Below are positions 38,234 to 48,962 of a stretch of DNA of 64,000 bases, one piece after another. The stretch is from Oscillospiraceae bacterium (GTDB lineage Bacteria; Bacillota; Clostridia; Oscillospirales; CAG-272): the NCBI GenBank assembly GCA_015063325.1, contig SVUK01000006.1:67239-131238 (forward strand), written 5' to 3'. Position 1 is the stretch's first letter, and every line of letters begins with the position of its first letter. Made by a program: the position numbers and the translations under genes. The notes under the pieces were generated by a model that saw only the letters and a program-made list of their open reading frames with translations, did no database searches and was not told the origin of the DNA.

Positions 38234-38860
38234 TCAAAGGATGGGATCAATGATTTTGCAAATTTCGGTATGTACTTCTTCAATGGTACCGGATGCGTCG
38301 ACAATTCGAATCGTGCGCGGATCAAACGTTTGCAAAACCGAGTGGAATTTTGCCCGAATGAGTGCTAAACGCTCGGGCGTTTCATAAATTTCGTGCGCCT
38401 CGTGCCGACTGTTGATGCGCGCCATACTTTCTTCAGGGGAAAGATCAAGAAAAATGCAAAGGTTGGGGTGGCGGATCTCGGGGCAGTTCAAATTCATACC
38501 GCGTACCCAGTCTGCATCGGTCTCCGAACCTTGATAAGCAAGCGTGGAGTAAAAGTATCGGTCGCAAATGATATCGTTTCCGTTTTCCAAAAGCGCATGT
38601 ATCCCGGTTTCCGGCTGCATATTGTGGGAAATACGATCCAGGGTAAAGAGTGCGGCAAGTTCACAAGGCGTTTTCGGATCCTCCCCCGAAAGCGCGCGCC
38701 GCAGTTGCTTGCCAAATGGGAGTTCGGTCGGTTCGGCAGTGCAAACGACCTTGCGACCCTTTTTGACGAGATAATCTTGCAAAAGACGGATTTGCGTTGT
38801 CTTACCGGCTCCGTCAATTCCTTCAAAAACAATCAATTTTCCGGTTGTTTCGTTTTTCAT
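38234..38860 (-). CDS. tmk: Thymidylate kinase
   Basis: KLIVFEGIDGAGKTTQ P-loop, and DRYFYSTLAYQG. The preferred start is the ATG at 38860, 1 nt after the cysE stop. Alternative ATGs at 38869 and 38914 overlap cysE. Confidence 0.9.
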   Translation of the reverse strand: MKNETTGKLIVFEGIDGAGKTTQIRLLQDYLVKKGRKVVCTAEPTELPFGKQLRRALSGEDPKTPCELAALFTLDRISHNMQPETGIHALLENGNDIICDRYFYSTLAYQGSETDADWVRGMNLNCPEIRHPNLCIFLDLSPEESMARINSRHEAHEIYETPERLALIRAKFHSVLQTFDPRTIRIVDASGTIEEVHTEICKIIDPIL

Positions 38861-38861
38861 T

Positions 38862-39560
38862 TCATTCATCGTCCTTTTGTTGCAGGGCGGCAAGCTGTTT
38901 TTCCAGTTCTTCAATGCGATGCTTCAGGTGTGTCATTTCCAGTTTTGTCGGGTCGGGCAGGTGGCACTGATCCATCTGATCGTAAACGCGAACGCCGCCG
39001 CGGCGAACCACTTTTGCCGGAATCCCTACCGCCGTGCAATCCTCGGGAACTTCGTGAATCACAACGGCGTTGGAAGCAATTTTGCTGTTGGAACCGATTT
39101 TCACAGGACCCAACACTTTTGCCCCTGCACCAATCATCACGTTGTCGCCGATGGTCGGGTGACGCTTCCCAATATCTTTTCCGGTGCCGCCCAAAGTCAC
39201 ACCTTGGTAAATGGTGCAATTATCGCCGATTTCGGTCGTTTCGCCGATCACAACACCCATACCGTGGTCAATAAAAAGTCCTTTGCCGATCTGCGCACCG
39301 GGGTGAATTTCAATGCCGGTCAAAAAACGGGAGAGCTGACTGATTGCGCGTGCCGGGAAATAGCGTTCTTTTTCATAAAAACGGTGCGCGATTCGATGCG
39401 CAAAAATAGCATGAACGCCGGAGTAAAGCAAAAGAATTTCCGCATTGCTCCGTGCGGCAGGGTCGCGGCTTTTCACGGTTTGAACCGAATCCAAAAGCTC
39501 CTCGCGCAACTCGGCAAGAAGTGAAAAAAACGAATCTGGAGTTTTGTTTTGCTGATCCAT
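38862..39560 (-). CDS. cysE: Serine O-acetyltransferase with a helical C-terminal extension of about 40 aa
   Basis: [27 protein letters not shown], and hexapeptide repeats [47 protein letters not shown] at 39560 follows GGGGAGG. Confidence 0.9.
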   Translation of the reverse strand: MDQQNKTPDSFFSLLAELREELLDSVQTVKSRDPAARSNAEILLLYSGVHAIFAHRIAHRFYEKERYFPARAISQLSRFLTGIEIHPGAQIGKGLFIDHGMGVVIGETTEIGDNCTIYQGVTLGGTGKDIGKRHPTIGDNVMIGAGAKVLGPVKIGSNSKIASNAVVIHEVPEDCTAVGIPAKVVRRGGVRVYDQMDQCHLPDPTKLEMTHLKHRIEELEKQLAALQQKDDE

Positions 39561-39701
39561 ATCGGTGCCTCCCCATGTGTTTGGGATATAAACTCTACTA
39601 ATCATTATACAGGGAAATTACGGATTTGTAAATAGTTTTTTCGTTTTTTGAAGGAAGGAATTGAAGAGAAATAAAAAAATTTATCTTTTTTTAAAAAAGT
39701 C

Positions 39702-39730
39702 TTGCAATTTGAAAAGAGATATGCTATAAT
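39702..39730 (+). promoter_or_regulatory. Sigma-A-type promoter for rpmE
   Basis: TTGCAA (39702-39707), 17-nt spacer, TATAAT (39725-39730). Confidence 0.6.
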
Positions 39731-39814
39731 AATTTCATCTGTCGTGCAGAGCCGAAAATCGGCTTTGTGACCTGATGTCAAAGAACATCAAATTTAAGAA
39801 ACGAGGGTAAAAAA

Positions 39815-40024
39815 ATGAAAGAAGGAATCCATCCGAATTACGAAAAGTGCACGATTCGGTGCGCTTGCGGCGAGGTCGTTGAGACCATGTCCACCAAGGG
39901 CGGCGATTTGAGAGTTGATATCTGCTCCAAATGTCATCCGTTCTTTACCGGAAAGCAGAAATTTGTTGACGCGGGCGGTCGCGTTGATAAATTCAAGAAG
40001 AGAATGGCAAATTTCCAAAAGTAA
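39815..40024 (+). CDS. rpmE: 50S ribosomal protein L31 (Zn-ribbon type A)
   Basis: [63 protein letters not shown]. Confidence 0.95.
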   Translation: MKEGIHPNYEKCTIRCACGEVVETMSTKGGDLRVDICSKCHPFFTGKQKFVDAGGRVDKFKKRMANFQK

Positions 40025-40039
40025 TTTTCGGGGACAAAG

Positions 40040-40076
40040 TAAGCAAGCGCGTGCAGTTACTGCCGCGCTTGCTTTT
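40040..40076 (+). terminator. Rho-independent terminator after rpmE
   Basis: AAGCAAGCGCGtgcagttactgcCGCGCTTGCTTttt. Confidence 0.8.
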
Positions 40077-40108
40077 TCCGTCCTGTCGAAGCGGAAAGGG
40101 GGATTTTT

Positions 40109-41422
40109 ATGGCAGAACCCAATCAATTATTTTATCAAGACGGGGAAGAACCCCCCCGTGCGGTTTTGGTAGGGCTTTGCATTGACGAAGAACCGGAAGA
40201 GACCGAAAAAAGCCTTGCCGAGTTGGAGTCTCTTTTGGAAACTGCAGGCGGCGAATGCGTCGTCAAAGTCGTGCAAACCAAGGCGCATCCCGATCCGCGC
40301 ACCTGCATCGGTTCAGGCAAGGTCGCCGAAGTTGCTTATTGGTGCCGGGAATACGAAGCCGGATTGGTTATTTTTGATTTGGAACTTTCCCCGGCGCAAA
40401 TCCGCAATTTAGAGGACGCGATCGGCGACGACGTTCGTGTAATCGATCGTTCCATGCTGATTTTGGATATTTTTGCGCTCCACGCGGTGACCGGAGAGGG
40501 GAAATTGCAGGTCGAGCTGGCACAGCTCAAGTATACTGCGCCGCGATTGATCGGAAAGGGAACCGAACTTTCCAGGCTGGGCGGCGGAATCGGAACACGC
40601 GGTCCGGGTGAGAGCAAACTGGAAATCGACCGCCGGCATTTGAAGCGCCGCGTTGCGGCACTGGAGGCGGAATTGGAATCGCTTGACCGCACGCGTCGAA
40701 CCATGCGCGCCGCACGCGACCGCAGTCAAACGCCAAAGGTTGCTATCGTCGGTTATACCAACGCCGGAAAATCCACGCTGTTCAATTATTTGACGGATGC
40801 AGGTATTCTTGCCGAGAATAAACTGTTTGCAACATTGGATCCCACCACACGCAAATTGACATTGCCTGATGGGAGTACGGTACTTTTAACCGATACCGTC
40901 GGCTTTATCCGCAAACTGCCGCACCACCTGATCCGCGCGTTTCGCTCCACCTTGGACGAGGTGGTATATGCCGACGTGCTGATTCTGTTGGTCGATGCGT
41001 CCGACCCCGAACATCAGGCGCAGCTCGAAACCACGCAAAATCTTTTGGAAGAACTCGGCGCCGCCGAAAAGCCGACGCTATGCGTTTACAATAAATGCGA
41101 TCTTGGTGCAAACCGATCCTTTCGTGCCATCGGAACGGTGGCGCCAAACCGCCGAACGGTCTCTATCTCGGCGCAAACGGGGCAGGGAGTCGACCTTTTG
41201 CTTGCCGAACTGCAGAATCTGTTGCAGGACGGCAAACGCCGCGTCACCTTCCATATTCCCAATGCCGAGGCAGGTGCGCTCAATCGCCTGTATCAGAATG
41301 CCGTCGTGGAAAAAATTGACTACGGCGCGGACGCAATCGAAGTCGTAGCAACAGTGGATGCAAAAACCTACGGAATGTTGCGAGCCTACGATCCGAATTG
41401 GAAGGAGCCGACCGATGAATGA
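40109..41422 (+). CDS. hflX: GTPase HflX
   Basis: VAIVGYTNAGKSTLFN (G1), DTVGFI (G3), NKCD (G4), and the N-terminal HflX domain. Confidence 0.93.
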   Translation: MAEPNQLFYQDGEEPPRAVLVGLCIDEEPEETEKSLAELESLLETAGGECVVKVVQTKAHPDPRTCIGSGKVAEVAYWCREYEAGLVIFDLELSPAQIRNLEDAIGDDVRVIDRSMLILDIFALHAVTGEGKLQVELAQLKYTAPRLIGKGTELSRLGGGIGTRGPGESKLEIDRRHLKRRVAALEAELESLDRTRRTMRAARDRSQTPKVAIVGYTNAGKSTLFNYLTDAGILAENKLFATLDPTTRKLTLPDGSTVLLTDTVGFIRKLPHHLIRAFRSTLDEVVYADVLILLVDASDPEHQAQLETTQNLLEELGAAEKPTLCVYNKCDLGANRSFRAIGTVAPNRRTVSISAQTGQGVDLLLAELQNLLQDGKRRVTFHIPNAEAGALNRLYQNAVVEKIDYGADAIEVVATVDAKTYGMLRAYDPNWKEPTDE

Positions 41423-42059
41423 GCAAACGGAGCGCCGCGTAACGTTGGAAAAAGAGGGAATTGCCGAGCTGGAAGAAAAAAAGTCGATTTTTATCGGAAG
41501 AGCCAAACCGGTTGCCAATGAGGAAGAGGCGCAGAGTTATATCAAAGAGATCCGCGCAAAGTTTCCGGATGCGCGTCATCATGTTTGGGCATACCGCCTG
41601 CAGGGCGACGTTGTTATGCGCTGTTCGGATGACGGGGAACCGCAGGGCACGGGAGGCGTTCCAACGCTTGACGTACTGAAAAAATCGGGCGTGAGTAACG
41701 CTGTCGTCGTGGTCACACGCTATTTCGGGGGGATTTTGCTTGGTGCCGGGGGACTTGTCCGGTGCTATTCCAAAGCGGCAATGCTCGCCGTGCGCGAGGC
41801 CGGCGTTGTGACCATGGAAAAATGCCGCTGTTGGAGGTTGACCTGTTCCTATTCCGAACATCCGCGCATTCTTGCCGAATTGCCCAAATTCGGCGCCGAG
41901 ATCGGCGAGACGACCTTTGCCGAACGGGTGGCGCTTTTCTTCACCGTCCGCGCGAACGCCGAGCAAAACCTGCTGATCCGTCTGCGCGAAATGAGCGGCG
42001 GAACGGTAGAGCCCGAGCAAATCGGCGAAATTTTTCTGCCGGTCAGGGAAGAAAACTGA
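41415..42059 (+). CDS. yigZ: YigZ/IMPACT family (UPF0029) protein
   Basis: EEKKSIFIGRAKPVANEEEAQSYIKEIRAKFPDARHHVWAYRL...DDGEPQGTGGVP...VVVVTRYFGGILLGAGGL. The ATG at 41415 overlaps the hflX stop. Confidence 0.8.
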   Translation: MNEQTERRVTLEKEGIAELEEKKSIFIGRAKPVANEEEAQSYIKEIRAKFPDARHHVWAYRLQGDVVMRCSDDGEPQGTGGVPTLDVLKKSGVSNAVVVVTRYFGGILLGAGGLVRCYSKAAMLAVREAGVVTMEKCRCWRLTCSYSEHPRILAELPKFGAEIGETTFAERVALFFTVRANAEQNLLIRLREMSGGTVEPEQIGEIFLPVREEN

Positions 42060-42094
42060 AATATGATAAAAAAGTATAAAAAATAATATAAGAA

Positions 42095-42134
42095 ATACGC
42101 GAAAAAAAGAGTGTTTTGCATTTTTTTCGCGTAT
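42095..42134 (+). terminator. AT-rich hairpin after yigZ (terminator-like)
   Basis: ATACGCGAAAAAAAgagtgttttgcaTTTTTTTCGCGTAT, followed by cttattttt. Confidence 0.55.
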
Positions 42135-42166
42135 CTTATTTTTGATTATAACAAAAGGAGCGAAAG

Positions 42167-43180
42167 ATGTCGACAACAACCAGAGATTTTTTCTTGGAAC
42201 TTGAAAAAGATACCCTTTCTCCTTATGCGTTTTTAACGTCGCAAACAAGGGGCAGAGACTACCCGTATGTTCCCTGCGAGGTACGCACCGAATTTCAGCG
42301 AGACCGCGACCGCATCATTCACAGCCAGTCTTTCCGACGGCTGATGAACAAAACGCAGGTTTTTTTGGCGCCGGTGGGCGACCATTACCGCACGCGGCTG
42401 ACGCATACGCTGGAGGTTACACAAATTGCGCGTATTATCGCTCGCGGTTTGCGATTGAACGAAGATTTGACCGAGGCGGCGGCACTGGGACATGACTTGG
42501 GACACACACCGTTCGGACACGCCGGAGAAATGGAAATGCAACGGCTGTATTCCAAGGACTTTACCCATTATCGTCAAAGTCTGCGCGTGGTGGAAAAGCT
42601 GGAGAACAACGGCAAAGGGCTTAATCTGACGTGGGAGGTCCGCGACGGAATCGTCAATCATACCGGAAATCACATGGCGTCCACATTGGAGGGCGTCATC
42701 GTCAAGTATGCCGACCGCATTGCCTACATCAACCATGATATCGACGACGCCTGCCGCGCCGGCATTTTAAAGCCGACCGATATTCCTGAGGATTTGCGTA
42801 AAATTTTGGGCGAAACGCATGGTCAGCGAATCAACAACATGGTCAATTCGGTCATCAAGGCAAGTACCGATCGTTCCGAAATCAAAATGGAACCCGAGAT
42901 CGGCGAGGCAACCAACCGCCTGCGCGCGTTCCTGTTTGAGTCGGTCTATACCAATCCGATCGCAAAATCCGAGGAGGGAAAGGCAAGGGGCGTGATTGCC
43001 GCACTGTACGAATACTATTGTGACCATCCCGACCAACTGCCCGAATTCTATCAGACCATTGCCGAGGAGGAAGGTGTCGGCAGGAGCGTTTGCGATTTCA
43101 TCTCCTGCATGACCGACCGTTTCGCCATTGAAACGTATAAAGAGCTGTTTATTCCCAAATTTTGGCGCGATAAGGTATAA
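42167..43180 (+). CDS. dgt: dGTP triphosphohydrolase-like HD-domain protein
   Basis: FQRDRDRIIHSQSFRRLMNKTQVF...HYRTRLTHTLEVTQIAR...ALGHDLGHTPFGHAGE. Confidence 0.88.
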   Translation: MSTTTRDFFLELEKDTLSPYAFLTSQTRGRDYPYVPCEVRTEFQRDRDRIIHSQSFRRLMNKTQVFLAPVGDHYRTRLTHTLEVTQIARIIARGLRLNEDLTEAAALGHDLGHTPFGHAGEMEMQRLYSKDFTHYRQSLRVVEKLENNGKGLNLTWEVRDGIVNHTGNHMASTLEGVIVKYADRIAYINHDIDDACRAGILKPTDIPEDLRKILGETHGQRINNMVNSVIKASTDRSEIKMEPEIGEATNRLRAFLFESVYTNPIAKSEEGKARGVIAALYEYYCDHPDQLPEFYQTIAEEEGVGRSVCDFISCMTDRFAIETYKELFIPKFWRDKV

Positions 43181-43225
43181 AAAAACGAAAAACAGAGAAG
43201 ATACAGGAAAGGAGGGGAAAAGAGC

Positions 43226-45016
43226 TTGCGATTGCCGGAAAACTTTGTGCAGGAGGTGCTTGACCGCACCAACATTGAAGAACTTGTCGGGCGTTATGTC
43301 AATCTGAAACGTACCGGTTCCAATCTTGTGGGACTTTGTCCCTTTCATAGCGAAAAGACCCCGTCCTTTACCGTTTCTCCCGATAAACGAATGTTTTTCT
43401 GTTTTGGCTGTCATGCCGGGGGAAGCGCCATCACCTTTGTTCAAAAGGCGGAGAATATGGAATTTGTGGACGCCGTTGCATTTCTTGCAGAACGTGCCGG
43501 ACTTCCCATGCCGCGCGAGAGCGAGGAGAGAGCAACCGGCGAGAGCGTCAGCCGCAAACGAGTGCTGGAAGCCAATCTGGAGGCGGCAAAATTTTTCCGC
43601 GCTTGCCTGTTCGATCCTGCTATCGGCGCGCCGGGAATGGAATATTTTAAACAAAAACGCGGATTGTCGGATGCAACCATTAAGCATTTCGGGCTGGGGT
43701 ATGCGCCCGATACCTTTGGTAGCCTGACCGAGTATTTGCACGGGAAAGGATTTACCGACAAGGAATTGCAGGTCGCTTTCCTTTGCGGCAAGAGCAGCAA
43801 GACCGGGCGTTCCTACGACTATTTTCGCGGCAGAGTCATGTTTCCTATTTTGGATACGTCGGGCAACGTCGTCGCTTTCGGCGGCAGAGTTCTGGACGAC
43901 AGCAAACCCAAATATTTGAACACGTCGGATACCCCGGCATTTAAAAAAAGCAACCATTTGTTTGCGCTCAACTTCGCGCGGCATAGCGGAGCCGAGCGCA
44001 TGATCCTTTGCGAAGGGTATATGGATGTCATCGCCATGCACGCAGCAGGCTTTGAAAACGCGGTCGCAACGCTTGGAACCGCCATTACACCAAATCACGC
44101 GCGCATTTTCTCAAAATATACCAAGCAGGTTATCATCTCCTATGATGCCGACGAAGCCGGACAAGCCGCCGCAAAAAAAGCAATGCAGATTTTGAGCGAG
44201 GTCGGTGTCGAGGTGCGCGTCCTCCGGGTGGAAGGAGCCAAAGACCCCGACGAATACATCCGCAAATACGGCGCCGAGCGGTTTTCGCGCCTGTTGGACG
44301 GTAGCCGGACGGGATTTGAATATCAGCTGGATACCATTCTTGCGCGGCACGATCTTTCGATCGGGCAGGAAAAAATCAAAGCCTCTTCCGAGCTTTGCGC
44401 CGCCATTGCTGAGTATTCTTCGGCTGTGGAACGCGAGGTCTATTTGGATGCGGCGTCCAAACGGTTGGAATTGCCAATTGAAGCGTTGCGCAACAGCGTC
44501 GAAAAAATCCGGCGCAAAAAATATGAAGATTATAAAGCGCGCGAAAGCCGCGAGGTGCGCGCGTCTATCAAAAATTTCGGTGATCGGATCAACCCCGATT
44601 CGGCAAAAGACCCGAAAGCCGCGGCAACTGAGGAAGCCGTTATCGGTCTGCTTCTCATGTTCGAGGAATACCGAAGGGAAGTCGTCTCGGGAAGAATCCA
44701 ATTGGAAGCGACAGATTTTGTTACCGACTTTTACCGTCGCGTATTCGAATCCATTCTGAAATTGCAAAACAGCGAATCGGGATTTCAGTTCGCACTTTTG
44801 GGCGAGGATTTTTCACCCGATGAAATGGGCAGGATTCAAAAAGCCGAAATGACGCGAAGGGAGCTTACCCAAAACGGACCCGATGTGTTTCGGAATACCG
44901 TGAAAAATTTGCGTGCCATTTCCGAACAGTCGCGCAGTAAAAATACCGATCTGCAAACAAAATTGGAAAATATCAGAAAGTTAAAATTACATAAAAGGAA
45001 GGATCCGAACGAATGA
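43226..45016 (+). CDS. dnaG: DNA primase
   Basis: Zn-finger [31 protein letters not shown], and Toprim [10 protein letters not shown]...[14 protein letters not shown] start follows AGGAGGGG. Confidence 0.95.
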   Translation: MRLPENFVQEVLDRTNIEELVGRYVNLKRTGSNLVGLCPFHSEKTPSFTVSPDKRMFFCFGCHAGGSAITFVQKAENMEFVDAVAFLAERAGLPMPRESEERATGESVSRKRVLEANLEAAKFFRACLFDPAIGAPGMEYFKQKRGLSDATIKHFGLGYAPDTFGSLTEYLHGKGFTDKELQVAFLCGKSSKTGRSYDYFRGRVMFPILDTSGNVVAFGGRVLDDSKPKYLNTSDTPAFKKSNHLFALNFARHSGAERMILCEGYMDVIAMHAAGFENAVATLGTAITPNHARIFSKYTKQVIISYDADEAGQAAAKKAMQILSEVGVEVRVLRVEGAKDPDEYIRKYGAERFSRLLDGSRTGFEYQLDTILARHDLSIGQEKIKASSELCAAIAEYSSAVEREVYLDAASKRLELPIEALRNSVEKIRRKKYEDYKARESREVRASIKNFGDRINPDSAKDPKAAATEEAVIGLLLMFEEYRREVVSGRIQLEATDFVTDFYRRVFESILKLQNSESGFQFALLGEDFSPDEMGRIQKAEMTRRELTQNGPDVFRNTVKNLRAISEQSRSKNTDLQTKLENIRKLKLHKRKDPNE

Positions 45017-46188
45017 GCAAGAAACAAGCACAAAAAACAGCGTTGGCGGAAGAGGAATTGATCGAGGGAAAAGCGGCTCCCACTGAGGAAACCGAACCCG
45101 TAAAGGAGAAAATTGACGTCGATCAACTCATTGAAAAAGGGAAAAAAGGAAAACTTTCCGCAAGCGATTTGGACGATGTCATGGAGGAAATGGACTTTGA
45201 CGTAGACAGCATCGACCAGCTTTATGAAAAGTTGGAGGATAGCGGCGTCGCGTTTGAGGACGAAGATTTCTCCAAAGACGAAATGAACGAGATTGAGAAT
45301 GAGGTTGCCTCGTTCGGCTCCGGCGAAGGAATTGATAACTTTTTGGAGCAGGAGGGAATCGGTACCGATGACCCTGTCCGTCTTTATCTGAAAGAGATCG
45401 GCAAAGTTCCGCTGGTCACCGGCGAGCAGGAAAAAGAACTTGCCGAAAAGATGATGGCAGGCGACGAGGAAGCAAAAACCAAATTGGTGGAAGCAAACCT
45501 GCGGTTGGTTGTCAGTATTGCAAAGCGCTATGTCGGACGCGGAATGTATTTTTTGGATTTGATTCAGGAAGGCAACCTGGGATTGATGAAAGCCGTCGAA
45601 AAATTTGATTATACCAAAGGCTTCAAATTCTCCACCTATGCCACCTGGTGGATTCGGCAGGCGATCACAAGAGCCATTGCCGACCAGGCAAGAACCATTC
45701 GCATTCCGGTGCACATGGTAGAAACCATTCATAAAGTTTCGCGTTATTCCCGGCAGATGATGCAGGAAATGGGACGCGAACCCACCCCCGAAGAGATTGC
45801 CGAAAAGCTCGGGATGTCGGCGGATAAAGTGCGCGAGATTATTAAGGTCGGTCAGGATCCCGTTTCGCTGGAAACCCCGATCGGCGAGGAAGAGGATAGC
45901 CACCTCGGCGATTTCATTCCGGACGACGATACCCCGTCCCCTGCCGAAGCGACTTCAGCGAACATTTTGCGCGAAGAACTGGAGCGCCAGTTGCATACGC
46001 TCACACCGCGCGAGCGGCATGTCATCAAGCTCCGTTTCGGGCTTTATGACGGCAGAACGCGCACGCTGGAGGAAGTCGGTAAGGAGTTTGACATCACTCG
46101 TGAGCGCATTCGTCAAATTGAGGCAAAAGCGCTGCGCAAATTGCGCCATCCAAGCCGCGCGCGTCATCTCAAAGGATTCATGGAATAA
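45013..46188 (+). CDS. sigA: Primary RNA polymerase sigma factor (sigma-70/SigA)
   Basis: [91 protein letters not shown]. The ATG overlaps the dnaG stop. Confidence 0.96.
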   Translation: MSKKQAQKTALAEEELIEGKAAPTEETEPVKEKIDVDQLIEKGKKGKLSASDLDDVMEEMDFDVDSIDQLYEKLEDSGVAFEDEDFSKDEMNEIENEVASFGSGEGIDNFLEQEGIGTDDPVRLYLKEIGKVPLVTGEQEKELAEKMMAGDEEAKTKLVEANLRLVVSIAKRYVGRGMYFLDLIQEGNLGLMKAVEKFDYTKGFKFSTYATWWIRQAITRAIADQARTIRIPVHMVETIHKVSRYSRQMMQEMGREPTPEEIAEKLGMSADKVREIIKVGQDPVSLETPIGEEEDSHLGDFIPDDDTPSPAEATSANILREELERQLHTLTPRERHVIKLRFGLYDGRTRTLEEVGKEFDITRERIRQIEAKALRKLRHPSRARHLKGFME

Positions 46189-46365
46189 GAACCGTCGCGT
46201 TCTACAAATTCGCGCCCGAAAAATTGTGAAAAAGGACCGAAAAAATCGGCGTACTGATTGAAGCAAATCAAATGATTTTGTGCAACAAGCCGATGGGATC
46301 AAAACAAAATCTATAAAAAGGTATTTTCAAATGCTTTTCTTCACGCGTGCGCGCGAAAAAAGAGC

Positions 46366-46394
46366 TTGACAGAATGTGATAAAAGTTGTAAAAT
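46366..46394 (+). promoter_or_regulatory. Sigma-A-type promoter for the large lipoprotein gene
   Basis: TTGACA (46366-46371), 17-nt spacer, TAAAAT (46389-46394). Confidence 0.55.
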
Positions 46395-46502
46395 AGAAAA
46401 ATAGAATAACTGGTATGCGAAAGTTTTACTGATATGCGGTTGTTTTGCGTGTATAATAAAACATTTTGCATAAAACCCCCACCCCGAAACGGAGGAATCT
46501 GT

Positions 46503-48881
46503 ATGAAAAGAAGAATGTTGTGCCTCGCGCTCTGTTTGGTGCTGTTGCTTCCGGCTGTTCTTGCCGGTTGTAAAAAGGAATCCAGCATCGAGGATAAATT
46601 TCAGCAAACGGCAACCACCCTTACCATGTGGGTGGTAACCGAGGATGAGAACAGTGTCAGCGAGGAAGCGAAAAAGATTGTCAGCGCCAAACTGGACGAG
46701 ATCACCAAGGATCGTTTCAAAGTCCATTTGGTCGTCAACTATATTCCCGAAAGCGTTTACCGCGAAACGATAGATAACGAGATTCGCGGATTTTACGAAA
46801 CACGTTCCCATATCACGCCTAAGGGCGAAGAGGAAGAGAACAAGCCTGCCGAAACCGAGGTCAACGAATGGGGCATCACCGTCATTAAATATCCGGCGCT
46901 TCTTGACCATCAGGTTGATATCGTTTATTTGCAGGGAGAGGAAATGTTCAAAACCTATGCGAAAAACGGTTGGCTTTCTTCTTTGAACGTTGAATTGAAC
47001 GGTAATTCCAAGGCAATCCGTTCCAATATCAACGGGCATCTGTTGAGCGCCGCTTCCTACGAAGGTGAAATTTACGCAATTCCAAACAACCATGCGCTCG
47101 GCGAATATACCGTCATGCTTCTGAATAAAGAACTTATGGCGCAAACCGATACCGACGGCGTACTCTCCCAAATTGACGGGCTGTTCAACAAATATGTCTA
47201 CAACTATTTGGAAGAAGTCAAATCAAAGGGCGACGAGAACATTCTGCCCATCAACGCAAGTTATTCCGAATGTTTGGATCTGCTTGCATACTTTTGGAAT
47301 ATCAATCCCGATACGCTGGAAAACGAGGGGGGACTTTCGGTTATCGGTTATCGCTATGAAGATTTGAGCGAGATTTCTCGCAGTGTTCCGCTGGAGTTCA
47401 ACAGCCTGTTTACCGATCCCGAGTTTACAAAGGCATTCCTGAAACTCAAGGAGTATCAGTTTGAGGGCGGTTATTTCGGCGAGACCGAGGGTGAAAAAAT
47501 AGCCGCGCTTTCCATCGCCACCATGGGATATGAGGAATTGACAGCCTATCGTGCCGCCGATTCGGAGTATTATCCTGTTGTTCTCAAAAATCCGACTCTT
47601 ACGGAAGAAGACGTTTACGGCAGTATGTTTGGCGTTTGCTCGCAAACCGATAGCTTAGAGCATTGCATGAAGGTGCTTACCCTTCTCAATACCAATGCCG
47701 AGTTTCGCAACATTCTGCAGTACGGCGTTGAAAACAAGACCTATCAGCTCGTTCCGGATCCCAACGATAACCAAAAACGAATTGTTTCTTATTCCGAGGA
47801 ATATCCGTATCACATGAATATTTTCAAAACCGGAAACGCATTTCTCACCTATCCGGAACCCGGAATGGATGAGAACGTGTGGGAAATCGGTAAGGCGCAG
47901 AACCGTGACGTTACCGGAGCCGATCCAACCATGGATCTGAATTTCCGCTCAATTGCAATCTCCGGAATGGAAGAGAATACAATCGAAAACACCGCAACCT
48001 ATCAAGTCCGCTTGAACCAAGAAATCGCGCTGTCTACCATTTCCTCCAATCCCGTTCTTTGGCAATGGTACAGCGAAAACTGCGCGGCGGCGGAAGCCGG
48101 CTCTTTGCAGGTATTGCAATCGCAAAAGGAAATTGCAAACGGTAAAACCAAATATACCTATTTGGTCTATGCCCCCGGTTTGGAGTACTTTACCGATGTC
48201 TCAATCGGTTATCAAGGCAGTGCAGCCGCGCCGGAGCTGGAGCTGAACTTTGATGATACCGGAGCGACGATCGATTCTGAATTCGATCGTACCTATGCGC
48301 TTTGGCTGGTCACAGTGGAAGCTGAAGCAAGCGTGGAAAGCGTCAAATTCAACCTTTTCCGCAACGGCGAGGCCGCCGAGGCAAATATCGTCGTGCCGGA
48401 AACCGATCCCGATTTCACCTATTGCGGAACATTGAATTCCGAGCTGATCCGGTATCTCTATGAACTCAATGGAAAATTGGTTGTAAAAATCGAAGAATGC
48501 ACCACAATGGAAGAGCTTAAGGCGCTTCTTGTTGAGATCAAACGTCTCTTAACACCGCAAACCGAAAATGAATGGTATCTCCGCATCAATCAGCGTGACA
48601 ATCAGGAAAATCCGATCGGATATGAAGCCGAGGTTGCACAATATACGCTTTTGAGCGACGTTATTGCAACGCTGGATTTGGAAGAGGTCAATTATGCTGT
48701 TGTCAGCGCCACTTCCGAAAAATATGTTGCGCGTAAGGATGCCGTTCTCAATCCGAGCAATGACAAGTACGAAGTATCCGATGTCTATACCGATTCCAAA
48801 TCGGGCGAGGATTACGATCAGTTGGATTCCCCCTATGCGCTCTATACCGCATGGCTGAAGTTCAACGGATATACGAAATAA
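46503..48881 (+). CDS. Large (792 aa) predicted lipoprotein with an N-terminal region resembling extracellular solute-binding proteins; function unknown
   Basis: Signal peptide with lipobox MKRRMLCLALCLVLLLPAVLAGC. ATG at 46503 follows GGAGGA. I saw no catalytic motif. The SBP resemblance is a weak impression by eye. Confidence 0.7.
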   Translation: MKRRMLCLALCLVLLLPAVLAGCKKESSIEDKFQQTATTLTMWVVTEDENSVSEEAKKIVSAKLDEITKDRFKVHLVVNYIPESVYRETIDNEIRGFYETRSHITPKGEEEENKPAETEVNEWGITVIKYPALLDHQVDIVYLQGEEMFKTYAKNGWLSSLNVELNGNSKAIRSNINGHLLSAASYEGEIYAIPNNHALGEYTVMLLNKELMAQTDTDGVLSQIDGLFNKYVYNYLEEVKSKGDENILPINASYSECLDLLAYFWNINPDTLENEGGLSVIGYRYEDLSEISRSVPLEFNSLFTDPEFTKAFLKLKEYQFEGGYFGETEGEKIAALSIATMGYEELTAYRAADSEYYPVVLKNPTLTEEDVYGSMFGVCSQTDSLEHCMKVLTLLNTNAEFRNILQYGVENKTYQLVPDPNDNQKRIVSYSEEYPYHMNIFKTGNAFLTYPEPGMDENVWEIGKAQNRDVTGADPTMDLNFRSIAISGMEENTIENTATYQVRLNQEIALSTISSNPVLWQWYSENCAAAEAGSLQVLQSQKEIANGKTKYTYLVYAPGLEYFTDVSIGYQGSAAAPELELNFDDTGATIDSEFDRTYALWLVTVEAEASVESVKFNLFRNGEAAEANIVVPETDPDFTYCGTLNSELIRYLYELNGKLVVKIEECTTMEELKALLVEIKRLLTPQTENEWYLRINQRDNQENPIGYEAEVAQYTLLSDVIATLDLEEVNYAVVSATSEKYVARKDAVLNPSNDKYEVSDVYTDSKSGEDYDQLDSPYALYTAWLKFNGYTK

Positions 48882-48903
48882 CAAACAAATAAAAAAGCTT
48901 TTT

Positions 48904-48934
48904 TCCGACGGCGGAAAACCGCCGTCGGATTTTC
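48904..48934 (+). terminator. Rho-independent terminator
   Basis: TCCGACGGCGGaaaaCCGCCGTCGGAttttc. Confidence 0.85.
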
Positions 48935-48962
48935 ATTATTGAACCCAAAGGAGAAAAACAAA

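Noticed and set aside
38393-39524. Plus-strand ORFs of 293 and 215 aa opposite tmk and cysE
   Set aside because: They are antisense to genes with clear P-loop and hexapeptide signatures.
42767-45903. Minus-strand ORFs of 443, 218 and 355 aa opposite dgt, dnaG and sigA
   Set aside because: They are antisense shadows of conserved macromolecular-synthesis operon genes.
46340-46360. Alternating CG tract (cacgcgtgcgcgcg) and small hairpins in the sigA-lipoprotein spacer, considered as a regulatory or Z-DNA element or sRNA
   Set aside because: It is too short and isolated, with no flanking promoter-terminator pair that would define an sRNA. Nothing distinguishes it from chance.
48882-48962. T-box leaders upstream of trpS, cysE (39561-39700) and glyA (59242-59435)
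   Set aside because: The leaders are far too short: about 30-60 nt after the terminator or promoter. I saw no specifier-loop or T-box (AGGGUGGNACCGCG-like) sequence.
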